Assembly (NCBI GenBank): GCA_035650735.1
Contig: DASRGZ010000131.1
Span: forward strand, 1-39,203
DNA: 39,203 nucleotides
Direction: 5' to 3'
Source of the DNA: Chthonomonadaceae bacterium
GTDB lineage: Bacteria; Armatimonadota; Chthonomonadetes; Chthonomonadales; Chthonomonadaceae
The notes under the pieces were generated by a model, which saw nothing but the letters and a program-made list of their open reading frames with translations, was not told where the DNA came from and ran no database searches. The translations under genes were made by a program, and so were the position numbers. Positions 26,857 through 35,913 of the stretch are shown piece after piece (within the stretch, counting starts at the first letter, position 1; each line of letters opens with the position of its first letter).

Positions 26857-27027
26857 TCGAGAAGTTCCCTTCCTGCTTCCAGGACTGTTGTCGGCACGTT
26901 TCTGTATCCAGAAGCGAAACTCCTTCCTGGAGCGGGGAACGCACCCACTCGCAGGAGAGGCTGGAGTTGGCGGCGAAGATAGCGGCGAACATCGCCTTTG
27001 CCCTGACATGTGGAAGGAGACGAGCGT

Positions 27028-27864
27028 ATGCGACTTGGCGGCCCTCTCTTTGCTGATGCCTCCGATCCGGAGCGCTGGATTGCGGCGCTGCGCCAACGCG
27101 GCTACAGCGCGGCCTATTGCCCGATAGATAACACGGCTACCGACGAGGTGATCCGCGCCTATGCGGAGGCGGCGCGCAAGGCAGATATCGTGCTGGCCGA
27201 AGTGGGCGCCTGGAGCAACCCCCTCAGCGCCGATGAGGCATCCCGACGCGCAGCTCTGGCCCACTGCCAGGCGCAACTGGCCCTGGCCGACCGGATCGGG
27301 GCGCGCTGCTGCGTCAATATCGCCGGTTCGCGCGGGGCGCAGTGGGATGGCCCGCATCCCGACAATCTCACAGAGGCCACCTTTGATCTCATTGTGGAGA
27401 GCGTGCGCGCCATTATTGACGCCGTAAAGCCGACGCGTGCCTACTACACGCTGGAGACGATGCCCTGGATGTATCCCGACTCGCCGGAGAGCTACCTGCG
27501 CCTGATCCGAGCGGTGGATCGCAGGCAGTTCGCCGTGCATCTCGACCCGGTTAATCTGATTTGCAGCCCGCAGCTTTTCTATGCCAATGGCGACCTGCTC
27601 CGCGAGTGCTTTGCCAAGCTCGGTCCTTATATCCAGTGCTGCCACGCCAAAGACATCACGCTTTCAGGAAAGCTGACGGTGCATCTGGACGAGACGCGTC
27701 CGGGCCTGGGCGCGCTGGACTACGGCGTGTTCCTGCAAGAACTGGATAAGCTCGATCCGGACACGCCTCTACTGCTGGAACATCTTTCGACAGAGGAGGA
27801 CTATACTCAGGCGGCGGAGTATGTCCGGTCGGTGGCGCAACAGGTGGGAGTGATGATCCGATGA
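27028..27864 (+). CDS. Sugar phosphate isomerase/epimerase (xylose-isomerase-like TIM barrel)
   Basis: AAGGAG SD; metal ligands in LETMP, HLDPVN, CHAKD and LLEH. Confidence 0.85.
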   Translation: MRLGGPLFADASDPERWIAALRQRGYSAAYCPIDNTATDEVIRAYAEAARKADIVLAEVGAWSNPLSADEASRRAALAHCQAQLALADRIGARCCVNIAGSRGAQWDGPHPDNLTEATFDLIVESVRAIIDAVKPTRAYYTLETMPWMYPDSPESYLRLIRAVDRRQFAVHLDPVNLICSPQLFYANGDLLRECFAKLGPYIQCCHAKDITLSGKLTVHLDETRPGLGALDYGVFLQELDKLDPDTPLLLEHLSTEEDYTQAAEYVRSVAQQVGVMIR

Positions 27865-28847
27865 ATCCCGGCAGAGAATACGCCGTCACGGTCACGGCGC
27901 GCGAACAGGCCGAGCTCCTTCCTATCGAGCGCGACCCGAACCCATTGGGGCCACACGAGGTTGCCGGGCGTACGCTCGCCACGCTCATCAGCGCGGGCAC
28001 GGAACTGGCATCCTGCTATCAGGGAACGCGCTTTCCCGCCGTGCCAGGCTACGCCGCCGTCTTTGAGGTCGAGGCGGTCGGGAGTGAGGTCGCCACGCTG
28101 CGCCCCGGTGATCGGGCGTTCTGCCTGGGGCCGCACCGCTCGTTTCAGCGGGTCGCGGAGGAGAACGCGCTCCCACTGCCGGAGGGCCTGGCGCCGGAGG
28201 TCGCGGTCTTTGCGCGGCTGATGGGCGTTGGGATGAGCACGCTGACCACCACAACGGCGCGGCCACCGCAGAAGGTGGTGGTGACGGGCCTGGGGCTGGT
28301 GGGGCACCTGGCGGCAAAGATCTTTGCGTCGTGCGGCTACGAGGTTCTCGCCTGCGACCCTTCCGAGGCGCGGCGAGAGATGGCGCGGCAGTCCGGCCTC
28401 CCGACCGTGCTGTCCGCCGTCCCGCTGGACGACCCCGCTATTGCCGGCAAGGTCGCGCTGGTATTGGAGTGTTCCGGCCATGAGGCGGCGACCCTAGCCG
28501 GCTGCCGTGTGGTGCAGAAGCGCGGCGAGGTGGCGCTGGTGGGCTGTCCCTGGCGCCGCCAGACTGACCTAACGGCCCACGAATTGCTGGACGTCATTTT
28601 TCACAACTACGTCGTGCTGCGCAGCGGGTGGGAGTGGGAACTGCCCCTGCACCCGACCGATTTCCGCACGAACAGCATCTACGGCAACTACCGGGCCGCG
28701 CTGCGCTGGCTGGCCGAGGGACGCATTGGGGTGGAGGGACTGTATGCGCTCGTCCCGCCGCGCGAGGCCCAGCGTGCCTACCAGGATCTGCTGCATCAGC
28801 GCGCGGAACGGCTCGCGGTGGTCTTCGATTGGGGGGATTGTCCTTGA
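27861..28847 (+). CDS. Medium-chain dehydrogenase/reductase (Zn-ADH-like)
   Basis: ISAGTE, PGY, GLGLVG Rossmann motif, LECSG; ATGA overlap. Confidence 0.85.
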   Translation: MNPGREYAVTVTAREQAELLPIERDPNPLGPHEVAGRTLATLISAGTELASCYQGTRFPAVPGYAAVFEVEAVGSEVATLRPGDRAFCLGPHRSFQRVAEENALPLPEGLAPEVAVFARLMGVGMSTLTTTTARPPQKVVVTGLGLVGHLAAKIFASCGYEVLACDPSEARREMARQSGLPTVLSAVPLDDPAIAGKVALVLECSGHEAATLAGCRVVQKRGEVALVGCPWRRQTDLTAHELLDVIFHNYVVLRSGWEWELPLHPTDFRTNSIYGNYRAALRWLAEGRIGVEGLYALVPPREAQRAYQDLLHQRAERLAVVFDWGDCP

Positions 28848-29092
28848 ACCTAACCCCCGACCCCCACTGCCAGGGTCGGCGCTGCAACGGTTCGCGCCAC
28901 TGCCAGGATCGGCCCTACAATGGTTCGGGCCTCCGCCTAGCGACACCTAGCGATCCTACGAGGGAAGGGGGTGTCGGAAGGCGGTACGTTACCAGGAAGG
29001 CAAGAGGAGCCGACGTTAGAGGCACAAGCTTGTGTCTCCCCTTCCCTGCGAACGTAGTGAGCGCATTAGGGAAGGGGGCCGGGGGGTTAGGT
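28848..29092. repeat. MITE/REPIN-like element with a nested ACTGCCAGG repeat
   Basis: Inverted ends ACCTAACCCCC / GGGGGTTAGGT and CCCCTTCCC..GGGAAGGGG hairpins; same architecture as 32226-32432. Confidence 0.75.
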
Positions 29093-30108
29093 TAAAACTC
29101 CACCATCGCCTTAATGACGCCGGTTTCCGGCTCTAGCCAGCGCGGGAACTGCCCGATCATCTCCTGGCAGGCGGCGCGGTGGGTTATCCAGGGCGTCGTG
29201 TCCACCTGGCCGGATTCGAGCAAGGAGATAATCCGCTGGAAGTCCGCGCCGGTGGAGTTGCGGGTGGCGAGGATGGTCAGTTCCCGGCGATGCAGGTCCG
29301 GATCGTGGAAACTAATGTCGGCCTGCACCAGCCCGACAAAGACGATCCGCCCGCCGTGAGCCACGTACTGAAACGCGTTATGCATGGACTGCGCGCTGCC
29401 GGTGGCATCGAAGACGGCGGTGGGCATGTCGCCTGCCGTAATTGCCTTTACCTGCTCCAGGGGATTCTCGTCGGCCCGCAGGGTGAACGCAACGTTTAGC
29501 TGTCGGCGGCAGAACTCCAGGCGGCGCGGGTTCACATCCAACACGATGACCTGCGCGCCCGCCGCCTGCGCAAACTGGATGACGGAGAGTCCGATTGGCC
29601 CCGCGCCGATGACCAGCGCGAACTCTTCCGGCTCCAGCTTCGCCCTATCAACCGCGTGCGCGCCGATGCCCAGCGTCTCGACCAGCGCCAACTGCTCCAG
29701 CGTCAGGACGGAAGATTTGTGCAGCTTGCGCACGGGCACGCGGATCAGCTCACGCATGCCGCCGTCCGTGTGGACGCCCAGAACTTGCAGGCGGACGCAG
29801 CAGTTGGTTTTGCCGCGCCGACAGGCGATGCACTCCCCACAGTTCAGATACGGCTCGACGGCGCAGCGGTCGCCCGGCTGCAAGCCTGCCTCGTTCGGGC
29901 CGACCTCCACGATCTCCACGCCCAGCTCATGCCCCAGGATGCGCGGATAGGTGAAAAACGGCTGATTGCCCTGATAGGCGTGCAAGTCCGTGCCGCAGAC
30001 GCCGACGCGCCGCACGCGCACCAGCGCCTCTTCCGCAGAGGAGAGCGTAGGCGATTCCGTTTCGCCGAGAGTGAAATGGCCCGGTTGTTCTAACGTGATG
30101 GTTTTCAT
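29092..30108 (-). CDS. Zn-dependent sugar-acid dehydrogenase (L-galactonate 5-dehydrogenase LgoD/YjjN-like)
   Basis: GVCGTDLH, GNQPFFTYPRILGHE, structural-Zn CGECIACRRGKTNCC, GAGPIG and FHDPDLHRRE. Confidence 0.85.
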   Translation of the reverse strand: MKTITLEQPGHFTLGETESPTLSSAEEALVRVRRVGVCGTDLHAYQGNQPFFTYPRILGHELGVEIVEVGPNEAGLQPGDRCAVEPYLNCGECIACRRGKTNCCVRLQVLGVHTDGGMRELIRVPVRKLHKSSVLTLEQLALVETLGIGAHAVDRAKLEPEEFALVIGAGPIGLSVIQFAQAAGAQVIVLDVNPRRLEFCRRQLNVAFTLRADENPLEQVKAITAGDMPTAVFDATGSAQSMHNAFQYVAHGGRIVFVGLVQADISFHDPDLHRRELTILATRNSTGADFQRIISLLESGQVDTTPWITHRAACQEMIGQFPRWLEPETGVIKAMVEF

Positions 30109-30134
30109 GGTAGCTTTCTGTGCCCCGCGGCAGG

Positions 30135-31271
30135 TCAGAGCGGCAGATTGGCGCTCTCCTGAATGGCTTCCTCCAGGCGACGGGGTGTTCGCCCGAACTT
30201 CGCGATAAACTCATCGCGCGTCGGCACGAGGCGTATCTTCACCTTGGCGTCGTGGTAGATGGCGATATCGCTGAACTTGTGATCCAGGAAGGGATTGGAG
30301 AAGCGCTCGAGCGTCTGCCGCGCGAACGTCTCCGGCTCCGCGACGCGCCCCTCCAGCACCGGCAAGACCTCCTCAAAGAGCAGTCCTTCCAGCCAGGAGC
30401 GCAGTTCCGCGTCCTGCATGGCCTCGCGCACCAACTTAATGCCGCGTGCCAGAGCTTTAGGCGTCATGGCGGTATGCGCGGCGTTGAGGATGCGCACCTT
30501 GCGCAAAAAGAAGGGCTTGACGTCGCCCGTATACTGGATGGCCCAATGCTGACACAGGGGAGCGCCGTTGGGCTTTTCCTGGATGGCCCAGAAGGCGAAC
30601 GGCTCGGCCATCGTCAGCAGAGGGTCCTGCGCCAGCAGGGGATGGCCCGCCGGTTTGTCGGTGACGATGCGATCCACGAGCGTGTTGGGCCAGGCGCACT
30701 CCGTTTGCAGCCACTCCGCCAGCGCCTCCGGCAGATTCCAAAGCCGCGCCTGCTCCAGCAGGAGCGCCCGCAGGCGGTCGGCGTTGTCCTCCAGCAGTTC
30801 GGTCGGCAGGATGGTCAAGCCCGGCAGACCGCTTTCATGCCGCGCCTTCAGCAACAGAAGGAGCTTGGCCGGGAAGGAGCGCGGCGGCGCATCCTCCAGC
30901 CTGTCTTCCGGGTTCAGGGCCAACCCCGCCTCGGTCGTGTTGGAGAGAATGTACCGGAGTTCCGGCGAGCGCGCCACCTCCAATACCTTGTCCCACTCGG
31001 TCTGGGCGACGAGGGCGCGGCGGATGCTGGCCGCCTCTTCCACCCGATCCACAAGCTGCCCCTCGGAAAGCCCGCGCACGGCGACGTGATAGCGCCCGCC
31101 CTGCGCGTTAAGCTGCTGCGCCCGCCCGGAGTCGGTGGATTGCACCACGACGACCCGGCCTACGTTCTGCCCTTGCTCGTTGGCCTGATGGATGAACAGA
31201 TCGGCGAAGGCGCGCAGGAACTTGCCGCCCCCAAACTGTAACACGGTCTCTGGAAGTTCAGTCATACGCAT
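30135..31271 (-). CDS. uxaB: Altronate dehydrogenase / tagaturonate reductase
   Basis: LQFGGGKFLRAFAD, SNTTEAG, SFPAKL, NTLVDRIV, RKVRILN.AHT and RFSNPFLDH. Confidence 0.85.
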   Translation of the reverse strand: MRMTELPETVLQFGGGKFLRAFADLFIHQANEQGQNVGRVVVVQSTDSGRAQQLNAQGGRYHVAVRGLSEGQLVDRVEEAASIRRALVAQTEWDKVLEVARSPELRYILSNTTEAGLALNPEDRLEDAPPRSFPAKLLLLLKARHESGLPGLTILPTELLEDNADRLRALLLEQARLWNLPEALAEWLQTECAWPNTLVDRIVTDKPAGHPLLAQDPLLTMAEPFAFWAIQEKPNGAPLCQHWAIQYTGDVKPFFLRKVRILNAAHTAMTPKALARGIKLVREAMQDAELRSWLEGLLFEEVLPVLEGRVAEPETFARQTLERFSNPFLDHKFSDIAIYHDAKVKIRLVPTRDEFIAKFGRTPRRLEEAIQESANLPL

Positions 31272-31276
31272 TCGCC

Positions 31277-32224
31277 TCAGGAGAAAGATTCGGGCGCATT
31301 GTTCTCCGGGCGCCCGCTCGGCCAGGTTTTGTTATGAATGGGCGCGAGGATTGCCTGCACCTCGGCCAGCAGTTCCCTGTCTATCGGCTCGGCGATCCAG
31401 GCGGCGTTCTTGCGCACGAGAGCCGCGCTTGCCATGCCGACCAGCGTCGTGGCGATACGCGGCTCGGAAACGGCAAACTGCAAGGCCAACTGCGTGATGT
31501 CCCGCCCTTTGCTGCGGCAGTGCGCGGCGGCGCGTGCACAGGCCGCTTTGATCTCCTCGGAGGCCGGATGCCAGGAGGGAGGCCCACCCTCCGTCAGCAG
31601 CCCCATCCCAAGCGGTGCGGCGTTGATGACACCGACCTGCTTTGCCTGGAAGTAGGGCAGCAGGCTCTCCAGGGAGGTATCGTTGAGCGCGTAGTGGCAA
31701 TAGGAGAGGATGGTATCCACCTCCGCCCTCTCCAGCACATAGGGGTATATCTTCAGCGGCAGGCCCGTGATGCCGATATAGCGCGCCTTGCCCTGCTCCT
31801 GGAGCCTGCGCAGGGCGGGCAGCGTCTCCGCGACGACCTGATCCAGCGCACCGAACTCGATGTCATGGCACTGGATCAGGTCTACATAATCCACCTGCAA
31901 ACGCCGCAGGCTCTCCTCCACGCTACGGGCAACGCGCTCCGCCGAAAAATCGAACTCCTGCGCGCCATAGCGCCCTACCTTCGTCGCCAGCAGAAAGCGG
32001 TCGCGCGGCACGCCCCGGAGCGCCCGACCTAGCACGGTCTCGGCCCGCGTCAGGCCATAGTAGGGCGAGACGTCGAAGAAGTTGATGCCCAAGTCCAGCG
32101 CCGCGCGCACCGCCCGAATGCCTTCGTCCTCCTCTATCTCCCCGAAGACGCCGCCCAGCGGAGAGGCGCCAAACCCCAGCGCGGAGACGCGCAGCCCCGT
32201 TTTGCCCAGCGTTCGGATTTGCAT
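31277..32224 (-). CDS. Aldo/keto reductase, L-galactose dehydrogenase-like
   Basis: LGFGASPLGGVF, FFDVSPYYG, TKVGRYG, QCHDIEF and ILSYCHY motifs shared with L-galactose dehydrogenases. Confidence 0.85.
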   Translation of the reverse strand: MQIRTLGKTGLRVSALGFGASPLGGVFGEIEEDEGIRAVRAALDLGINFFDVSPYYGLTRAETVLGRALRGVPRDRFLLATKVGRYGAQEFDFSAERVARSVEESLRRLQVDYVDLIQCHDIEFGALDQVVAETLPALRRLQEQGKARYIGITGLPLKIYPYVLERAEVDTILSYCHYALNDTSLESLLPYFQAKQVGVINAAPLGMGLLTEGGPPSWHPASEEIKAACARAAAHCRSKGRDITQLALQFAVSEPRIATTLVGMASAALVRKNAAWIAEPIDRELLAEVQAILAPIHNKTWPSGRPENNAPESFS

Positions 32225-32225
32225 A

Positions 32226-32432
32226 ACCTAATCCCCCATCCCCCTTCCCAACAAGGGAAGGGGGTGTCGGAAGTTTGTACCTCTACCTTGCTCTCCTCTT
32301 GCCCTCTGGTTCTCTTCACCTTCCAATGAGAATAAAGATAGAGCCAAGCTATGGAAAAGACAAAACTGGCATGAGACCGTACAACCTCTCTCCACCCCCT
32401 TCCCTACAAGGGAAGGGGGACGGGGGTTAGGT
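32226..32432. repeat. MITE/REPIN-like element
   Basis: Left end ACCTAATCCCCCATCCCCCTTCCC-AACAA-GGGAAGGGGGTGTCGGAAG; right end CCCCCTTCCC-TACAA-GGGAAGGGGGACGGGGGTTAGGT. Confidence 0.75.
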
Positions 32433-33391
32433 CACAGCCCGGCCAGGAAGTCATAGATCTTATCGTTGACGCCCGGCAGGCCCTCATGGCCGAAGTCGGG
32501 GTAGAGGATCAGGCTCTTTTTCGACCGGATCTTGTTGAACGCGGCGAACTGGGTTGAGGGCGGGCAGATGGTGTCCATCAGGCCGACCGCCATCAGCACC
32601 TCCGCCCGAATGCGCGGCGCCAGGTGCTGGTTATCAATATAGCCCAGCGTGGTGAAGGTCTCTTGCTCGCGCTCGTGCAACGGGTCGAACAGGCGGAAGT
32701 AGATGCGCAGCTCCTCATAGGCGCCGGTAGCCAAATCCATCTCCCAGACGCGCTGATAGTCGCAGAGGAACGGAAAGACGGGCGCGGCCCGCTTGATGCG
32801 CGGCTCCAGCGCGGCGCAGGCGAGCGTCAGGCCCCCGCCCTGCGAGCCGCCCGTCGCGCCCACGCGCTCGGCATCCACTTCGGGCAGGCTCATCACGATA
32901 GAGGCCAACTGCGCCGTATCCAGGTAGATCTGGCGGAACAGCAGCTTTTCGGGCGCGTCCTCCAATCCCCGGATGATATGCCCGCGATGCGTGTTGCCCT
33001 TGACGGCGCCGCTATCTTCGGAGAGGCCGCCCTGCCCCCGGCAGTCCAGCGCCGCCACGGAATAGCCCCGCGCCACATAGTTGAGCTTATCGCTCCAGTC
33101 GCCGCTGTTGCCGGAATAGCCGTGGAACATCAGCACCGCCGGATGAGGCTCGGTCGCGTTTTTGGGCCGCAGGTACTTGGCGTGGACGCGCGCGCCGCCG
33201 ACCCCGGTAAAGTAGAGATGGAAGCATTCGGCAAAGGGCGCCTCCAGCGTGTGGGGCACCAGCTCCACCTGTGGGTCTACCGCCCGCATCTCCGCCAGGG
33301 CTTTGTCCCAGTAGGCGTCAAAATCGGCAGGGCGCGGGTTGCGGCCCTGGTAATCATACAACTGCTCCAGCGGCATGTCTATGAGGGGCAT
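32432..33391 (-). CDS. Acetylxylan esterase / cephalosporin-C deacetylase (CE7)
   Basis: P.DFDAYW, FHGY, RGQ, GGSQGG nucleophile, [10 protein letters not shown] and GHE. Confidence 0.92.
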   Translation of the reverse strand: MPLIDMPLEQLYDYQGRNPRPADFDAYWDKALAEMRAVDPQVELVPHTLEAPFAECFHLYFTGVGGARVHAKYLRPKNATEPHPAVLMFHGYSGNSGDWSDKLNYVARGYSVAALDCRGQGGLSEDSGAVKGNTHRGHIIRGLEDAPEKLLFRQIYLDTAQLASIVMSLPEVDAERVGATGGSQGGGLTLACAALEPRIKRAAPVFPFLCDYQRVWEMDLATGAYEELRIYFRLFDPLHEREQETFTTLGYIDNQHLAPRIRAEVLMAVGLMDTICPPSTQFAAFNKIRSKKSLILYPDFGHEGLPGVNDKIYDFLAGL

Positions 33392-33504
33392 CGTTGGTTT
33401 CTCCTGCTTCGGAAATCGTCCACTGACCCGATTCTATGTCTCTACAGGCCAGGCGGGGAATTGGCGTTGTCGAGGGCGCCGCTAAGCGGCATGGCACCTA
33501 TTAG

Positions 33505-34815
33505 CTATTGGCGCGGGATTTCGCGAATATAGATGTTCTTAAACCAGAGCGGGCCACCGTGATGTTGAAGCTCGATCTGCCCGGTGGGATAGAGGGGTTT
33601 GTCGCGCTCCCAGTAGTTCTCCATCGTCTGGGCGTTGACCACCAGCACGTTATTGAGATACACGGTCACCCTGTCGCCCACCATCAGGATACGGAAGCGG
33701 TTCCACGCCCCAATCGGCTTATCGGCCCTCTGGAGGGGATGAGTCGAATGCTTCTCGTTGTTGTAGAGGCCGCCGGAGCCTTCGCCGTGCTCCTGCGGGT
33801 TGCGTTCCGGGTGGTTGTCCGGGTCCCATATCTGTACCTGTGGGCTGCCGCGCAGGTAGATGCCGCTGTCGCCGCCCGGAGGGATCTTCCAGTCTACCAG
33901 CAACTCGAAATCCCCGTAGTCTTTGGCCGTACAGAGGTTGTTGTTCTTGCCGTCGTAGACGATCTGGCCGTCCTCCACTTTCCAATGCTGGAACGCTTCC
34001 CGGTCGGCTTTCTGCTGTGCGGCGGCAAGCTCCGCCGTGGACATCTTCGCGCGCGTGGGCGGGTCGGCGACCAATCCCTTCCAGCCCTTCAGGTCTTTGC
34101 CATCGAACAGGGCCGCAAAGCCCGGCGGGGGCGTGTTGTCGCGCTCCGGCTTTGAGAGGTCTTTGATCCAGACATCGCGGAACTGTACTTCGCTGGGGCC
34201 GTGTCCGAGGAAGCCGATATGCCCCTGGTCGCGCAGCATACCCGGATGCTCCAACAGTGTCTCCGGGTCATGAACGTCGTTGAGGCTGGCATCCACGATG
34301 GTCTTGCCGTTGAGGACAACCTTGATACGCCGCCCGATGGCCGTGATCTCCTCCGCGTTCCACTCGCCAACGGGCTTGAGCGCGCCGCGCTTGGCCGGCA
34401 AAACCTTATAGATCGAGCCGCAATACTGGCCTGGCAGCAGGTGAGCGTACTCTGGCGCGCTGTCGTCGAGAATCTGGCACTCCATGCCGTTGTAGGCGGC
34501 GTCGCCCTCCAGCGGGGCGCGCAACCCGACGCCGTTGTTGCCGGCCCGGTCCAACTTGAACTGAAACCGGAAGATGAAATCGGAATACTCTTTTTCGGTC
34601 ATCAGCTTGCCGCCGCCGTCAGCGGGGCAGATGAGAACGCCGTCTCTGGCGATGTAGCCCGGCCCCACGCCGCCGACCAGCGTCCAGCCCTGAAGGCTGC
34701 GCCCGTCGAACAGGCGGATAAAGCCGTTGCGCTCCTCCGCTCCGGCATGGGACAGCAGGCCGCACAGCATAAGCGCGGCGATAAGCAGAACTCTATTCAG
34801 CTTCTTAGCGTGCAT
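33505..34815 (-). CDS. Secreted tandem DUF1080 (3-keto-disaccharide hydrolase-like) protein
   Basis: Signal peptide; two LFDG..L.GW...N/DSG...R...E/QI.D...WN...G.I....H domains. Confidence 0.88.
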   Translation of the reverse strand: MHAKKLNRVLLIAALMLCGLLSHAGAEERNGFIRLFDGRSLQGWTLVGGVGPGYIARDGVLICPADGGGKLMTEKEYSDFIFRFQFKLDRAGNNGVGLRAPLEGDAAYNGMECQILDDSAPEYAHLLPGQYCGSIYKVLPAKRGALKPVGEWNAEEITAIGRRIKVVLNGKTIVDASLNDVHDPETLLEHPGMLRDQGHIGFLGHGPSEVQFRDVWIKDLSKPERDNTPPPGFAALFDGKDLKGWKGLVADPPTRAKMSTAELAAAQQKADREAFQHWKVEDGQIVYDGKNNNLCTAKDYGDFELLVDWKIPPGGDSGIYLRGSPQVQIWDPDNHPERNPQEHGEGSGGLYNNEKHSTHPLQRADKPIGAWNRFRILMVGDRVTVYLNNVLVVNAQTMENYWERDKPLYPTGQIELQHHGGPLWFKNIYIREIPRQ

Positions 34816-34839
34816 ACTTCCTTCCTGGGATTAGGAGAG

Positions 34840-35022
34840 TGCACGGGCATCCGCTCTGCCCGGCCCTAAAGGACCGGGCTTCGGACGGCAAGCCCCATCA
34901 ATGGGGCTGCCAGAGGTGGGTTAGTCCCCTTCGGGGCTGCACGAAGGGTGATTAGCCCCCTTCAGGGGACTTGTAGCCCACAGCCCGGTCCTTTAGGGCC
35001 GGGCAGAGCGGATGCCCGTGCA
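34840..35022. repeat. 183-bp element bounded by perfect 41-bp inverted repeats (REPIN/MITE-like)
   Basis: 34840-34880 is the exact reverse complement of 34982-35022; three internal AG(C/T)CCC..GGGG(A)CT hairpins. Confidence 0.85.
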
Positions 35023-35130
35023 TTCTTTGGGAGTTTGAGGGTCGTCCTGATGTGAACCTGCCGGGACATTTCGGCGTTCGGGAGTCGGTTTCCTCTCTAG
35101 CGGGTCACCTCCATTGGCCCATTTTCCCTC

Positions 35131-35160
35131 TTGACAGACAGAGCGCATTCGGCGTATACT
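35131..35160 (+). promoter_or_regulatory. sigma70-type promoter of mntR-mntH
   Basis: TTGACA-N18-TATACT. Confidence 0.75.
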
Positions 35161-35170
35161 AAAGCGGAAG

Positions 35171-35188
35171 TTTTAACCAGGGTTAAAA
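35171..35188. promoter_or_regulatory. DtxR/MntR-type operator
   Basis: Perfect AT-rich inverted repeat TTTTAACC-AG-GGTTAAAA just downstream of the -10 box and upstream of a DtxR-family gene. Confidence 0.75.
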
Positions 35189-35211
35189 TAAAATGTGCAT
35201 GAGGTAAAATT

Positions 35212-35913
35212 ATGAGCGACACCGGCGAGCGCATCTTCAGCCAGGCGGTGGAAGACTACGTTAAGGCCATCTATAAACTGCAAAACGAGGGGCAGTCCGT
35301 TTCGACGACCGATCTGGCCAAAAAGATCGGCGCGACGCCTGCGGCGGCGACAAAGATGATCAAGCACCTGGCCGAGAATAGGCTGATTGATCACACGCCC
35401 TACTACGGCGTTCGCCTGACGCTGGCAGGCGAACGTGTCGCCCTGGAGATCATCCGGCATCACCGCCTGCTGGAGCTCTACCTGCACCAGGCGCTCGGCT
35501 ACGGCTGGGACGAGGTAGACGCCGAAGCCGAAAAGCTGGAGCACCATATCTCCGAGGAGTTTGAGGAGCGCATAGACCGGATGCTGGACTACCCGCGCAC
35601 CGACCCGCACGGCGATCCCATTCCCACCCGTGATGGCCTCATCGAGCCCAACCGGGGCAAGCCGCTGGCCGAGTCGGAGCCGGGCGAAACCTTGATGATC
35701 CTGCGCGTCCGCGACAGCAGCCCGGAGGCGCTGCGTTACCTGGCGAGCATCGGGCTGCATCTGGAGGTGGTGGTCCGGGTCAAGGAGAAGCAGCCCTTAG
35801 ACGGTGCGCTGACTTTGGACGTCAACGGCGTGACGCGCTCCGTCGGGCGTGAGTTAGCCGGATATGTCTTCGTGGAAGATCGCAAAGCCAGGGAGGAAGT
35901 GAGCGTGCCATGA
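35212..35913 (+). CDS. mntR: DtxR/MntR-family metal-dependent repressor with FeoA-like domain
   Basis: EDYVKAIY, RHHRLLELYL, EAEKLEHHISE and DPHGDPIP; co-transcribed with mntH. Confidence 0.92.
   Translation: MSDTGERIFSQAVEDYVKAIYKLQNEGQSVSTTDLAKKIGATPAAATKMIKHLAENRLIDHTPYYGVRLTLAGERVALEIIRHHRLLELYLHQALGYGWDEVDAEAEKLEHHISEEFEERIDRMLDYPRTDPHGDPIPTRDGLIEPNRGKPLAESEPGETLMILRVRDSSPEALRYLASIGLHLEVVVRVKEKQPLDGALTLDVNGVTRSVGRELAGYVFVEDRKAREEVSVP

Noticed and set aside
26857..27645. N-terminal extension of the 636-aa cytochrome ORF
   Set aside because: It is antisense to the isomerase gene; the SD, signal peptide and paralog alignment place the start at 26856.
28848..28948. Short tandem CCACTGCCAGG.TCGGC repeats as a CRISPR array
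   Set aside because: Only two degenerate units, no regular spacers and no cas genes; they belong to a dispersed repeat family.
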